Of a stretch of 64,000 nucleotides of DNA, positions 60,610 through 64,000 are shown piece after piece. The stretch lies in the NCBI RefSeq assembly GCF_964204645.1, contig NC_134034.1, positions 3,675,814 through 3,739,813 on the forward strand. The letters run 5' to 3'. The stretch is from Tubulanus polymorphus (lineage: Eukaryota; Animalia; Nemertea). The notes beneath the pieces were generated by a model. It did no database searches and had not been told where the DNA came from. It saw only the letters and a program-made list of their open reading frames with translations. Position 1 is the first letter of the stretch; every line of letters starts with the position of its first letter. Made by a program: the position numbers and the translations under genes.

Positions 60610-63600
60610 CCAATTTCGAAGAAATTGTCATATCCCGAAAGGGCACTTTGATATCCAAAAAGGCATCGATAGGCATACTCTAGTCCACGCTGGAACTAAT
60701 CAATTCTCTGCGATGTTATCCAACGCTGCTTTCCTCAAATAAACGTTACTAGGACAGCGGGAAATAAAATGAAATAAAATAGAATTTTATTAATCAACAT
60801 TTGCCTATGTCCGGGCACCAAACATCATCACCACCAGAACTACACATACCCAAATAAACACGATAATACAATACACTAAAATACAACATGTATATACAAA
60901 TATTTACAAAATAACACTGAAGTGATTAAAATTTAGAGAATGAAAACGTAACAAAATATATAATACATCAACTATTTACAATACTATATATACAACTGCA
61001 CAATACAAAGATGCACTCTCGCAAAGCCGAAAGATAGCGTTGTTGACCAGTAACAAATATCATGTGTTAACCATGAGGGGCCAGTTGCACAGTCGTGACT
61101 TAAGTGGTCTTAAATCTTGAGACTGGTCTTAAATTGTTGGATTGGTTATAGAACTGTTGGTCTTAGACTCGTCTTAAGTCTAAGCCATGACTATGCAACC
61201 GCCCCCTGTGGCGGTACGATATTAAGGAACACTTGATCAAGAACAAATGAAGTGGATTTCGGTATATTTTCCGACAACTTATCTAGAAGTGATGTATTGG
61301 ATGATGATATATGAATTCGAAAACTTATTCAGAAGTGATGTATATTGGATACCAATATTTAATGAATTCGAAGGATTTTACTTCGTTGATGCGCCTCGCT
61401 TAGCCCGCTGCCCACCGTCGTATTGGGATTCCAGCCAGGCTGAGATGAACTACCTGCACTGGACTGCACTGTGCGGAGTATCACCATTTATATCAATATT
61501 CTCAAAATTACCATTTTGCCTATATAGGTTCAGCGATCCAAAATAGCAACTGGAACCCGTAAACTCAGCAGGCCTCTATACCAGGGACGTTCCGAGATTC
61601 AAATTTTCAAAAAAACGTGCTTTTGAGTCCAAGCAAATTTTGACTCAATTGGCGGGCGCCAGTGTTGACATCGGTATCATCAACAGAAGTGGTAAAGAGC
61701 TGTACCTAAACACGAATCAAGGACGGCACGAACAGACTAGGTTAAGCGCAGCCCCTTGACTTATCCAGAGTTGGCAATAAAATTCAATGACGCCTCCCCC
61801 AATATAGGCACGGCATCACGCTGCGAGGAGAAACGAGACTTGAATATTACCTATTTTAGGTATTCTGACCGGCGGAGAAAACCGCTAAGCGATCACGTGT
61901 CCAGGCGGCACCGCCGGTTTCAACAGATGTCGTTTGGTCGATATTTCAATATTTCAGTTGAACAATCAGCGACGCAGAAAACAGGAGCGAGAGAGAGAGA
62001 GTTTCAACAATATAAACGACGGCTGCGCACAAAGTTACGATGACATCATAGATTTATATACGTACATATTTCAACACATATAGCTAGTAGATAGTTCCAG
62101 ATCCTTACTGTAAAACCTCAAGGTATGTAAAGCATATTTAAAACATCTCTATCAAAATAACTGGTTTCGTTTCTGTATAAACATGTACGATTTTTAATCG
62201 TTAGAAAGGCTAGGTTTCGTTGAGTCTGTCCTGGGCCGGTTCCACAGTCGCAACGATTTACAATAAGACCAGGCATGGCTTGTGTTTTAGACTTAAAAAC
62301 GTCTACAATCCTAGGTGATCAGTTTAGTCCACTAATTGGAGTCTCTTCTCAATATGAAGCTGGGATGAAGCTGGGGTGATAGATAGGCTTTCATCAACAT
62401 AAGAGGCTCATCAGAGTATAGGGTCAATTAGTACTACACGTACATCGGAAATTTATTAAACAATAATTTTTTGAAATCTAAATATTCAATCCAGGATTGA
62501 AATTTTTCCAACTAGTCTCGGGTACCGTTCTGGTATAGACCAGGGCCCTCGTAGTTCTGGCATCTTTGGGCTTGCAAGCTGGCCTCTGGTTCCACTATTC
62601 AAAATGTCCCTCTATATAGGCTAGCTGAACGTGAATTCAGAGGAAAATCTGTCACAAATAAGTGTTTCTAACAATTTTTGATTTTGAAACTAGTCTAGAA
62701 ACTGGGTCAGGACTTCGGATCCGGGTGCGTCTTGAAATATCACAGGAAATTACCGCTATCTATTTCGAGGGACTGCGTAAATTAATTTCTATGACTTCAA
62801 TCAGCCTATGTGATGGTCTAGGGCTGTAAAAACTGTGGTACCCCAGCGATTTGTGCACACACTGAAGCTAGCTGCGTCAACATAGAAGTTATAACGATAT
62901 AATTCAACTCCGCGCAACTGGAGCCCAATCTATAGATTTCTCTTTATACCCAACACACCGATAACCGCTGCAGCTGTTGTCGCAGTCTTATTGAACCTCG
63001 CGTGCCAGTGATGTATACATTTCACCGTGCAACACGTGTTATATATAACCCCGTGTCTCCGAGACTGTAATCTAGACTTCTAATACGTATACAGTCGACA
63101 TGGCGCGTCATATTGGCCGTCAAGTGAGAGGAATGGCGGAAAGAGGTATCTGTGGCAGTGGAAGAGATGTTGAGTGGTTAACTGATCAGTTGGCCATTAT
63201 CACGCGTGAACCTGTGACATTTCACTCTGCAGTTAGCCGCTTTTGTAACACCCGACGGCCAAAATGACGCGCTCTGACTGATTTGTGGATTTTTGGTGGT
63301 GGATGAACGAACTAAATTTTAGTAAATAATGTACATTACGCGTTTAAGGGGTCTTGTGTGAGTCGACGTGAACTACGTCATCAATATTGGCGTTTTAAGA
63401 TAACAATGTGGAACCCGCAACACCAGCTGTTCCACCAGATGGCGCGACGAGCAGTAGGTCTTCCGTTGTCAAAATTAGACTCCCGATCCATCATATACCA
63501 TAACAGCACCCACCAAATATACAAGACTTTGATTCCTCATATCAGATTCGGATATAGTCTTCGTAAATAATTGATTAATTTAAGAGAGAAGTTCATTCAG

Positions 63601-63981
63601 ATTAAATTGAAATGTAGAAGAAATCGAATGCGGACGACTAGCAAAGTTGGCGGATCCTCGCCTGCCATAAGTAGAATCCTCGATTGCCACAGTAACGCTG
63701 CGGGTACCCCATTGTCAGTTTTGGCGTTTATTTTGTAATCAATACATTTCATAACTCGTATCTATTTTGGGATAAATTTTGATAATCATTTTTGAGAGAA
63801 TGTGCACTCAATTTAGCATCGAGGCTAGAGCGGTTGCCGGTCAATTCAATTCGATTCAATTATCGATAGACAAATCCAAAATATCTTCATTCATGCTGAA
63901 ATTAATATTATATTGGTTATTGTTGACGATATTAAGCCACACGGCATCAATAAACTTTCAAGTTAGTTTTTTTGTTTCTAG

Positions 63982-64000
63982 ATGGATGATCGCCACCATT
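63982..64000 (+). CDS. Possible start of a further gene running off the window
   Basis: Polypyrimidine tract + ctag then ATG GAT GAT CGC CAC CAT; upstream donor AAG|GTATGT at ~62122. Confidence 0.3.

Overview
AT-rich eukaryotic genomic DNA from an invertebrate animal (spliceosomal GT-AG introns, CpG-rich exons, dense MITE/SINE content), not prokaryotic. Three protein-coding genes were reconstructed by hand: NFX1 (- strand, 18 coding exons, 1204-22691, ~1465 aa, with a long low-complexity first exon carrying ten 23-aa repeats), DNAJB6 (+ strand, 7 coding exons, 34820-46946, ~302 aa, with an upstream heat-shock-element cluster) and a PHOSPHO1/2-family HAD phosphatase (- strand, single coding exon, 54291-55043). 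A fourth gene may begin at the right edge. Most other ORF-track entries are spurious or repeat-derived. The most notable structure is a ~4.8-kb TIR element with a 10-bp flanking duplication that appears inserted in the NFX1 promoter and carries a 19 x 190-bp satellite with a 950-bp higher-order repeat and a YY1-like motif in each monomer. Also present: Penelope-like hairpin insertions with hammerhead-ribozyme cores, a 7-bp-TSD hAT deletion derivative, nested and chained MITEs, and several tandem arrays visibly derived from dispersed elements. All coordinates were read by eye; family assignments are inferences without database searches. I found no clearly new protein-based system.
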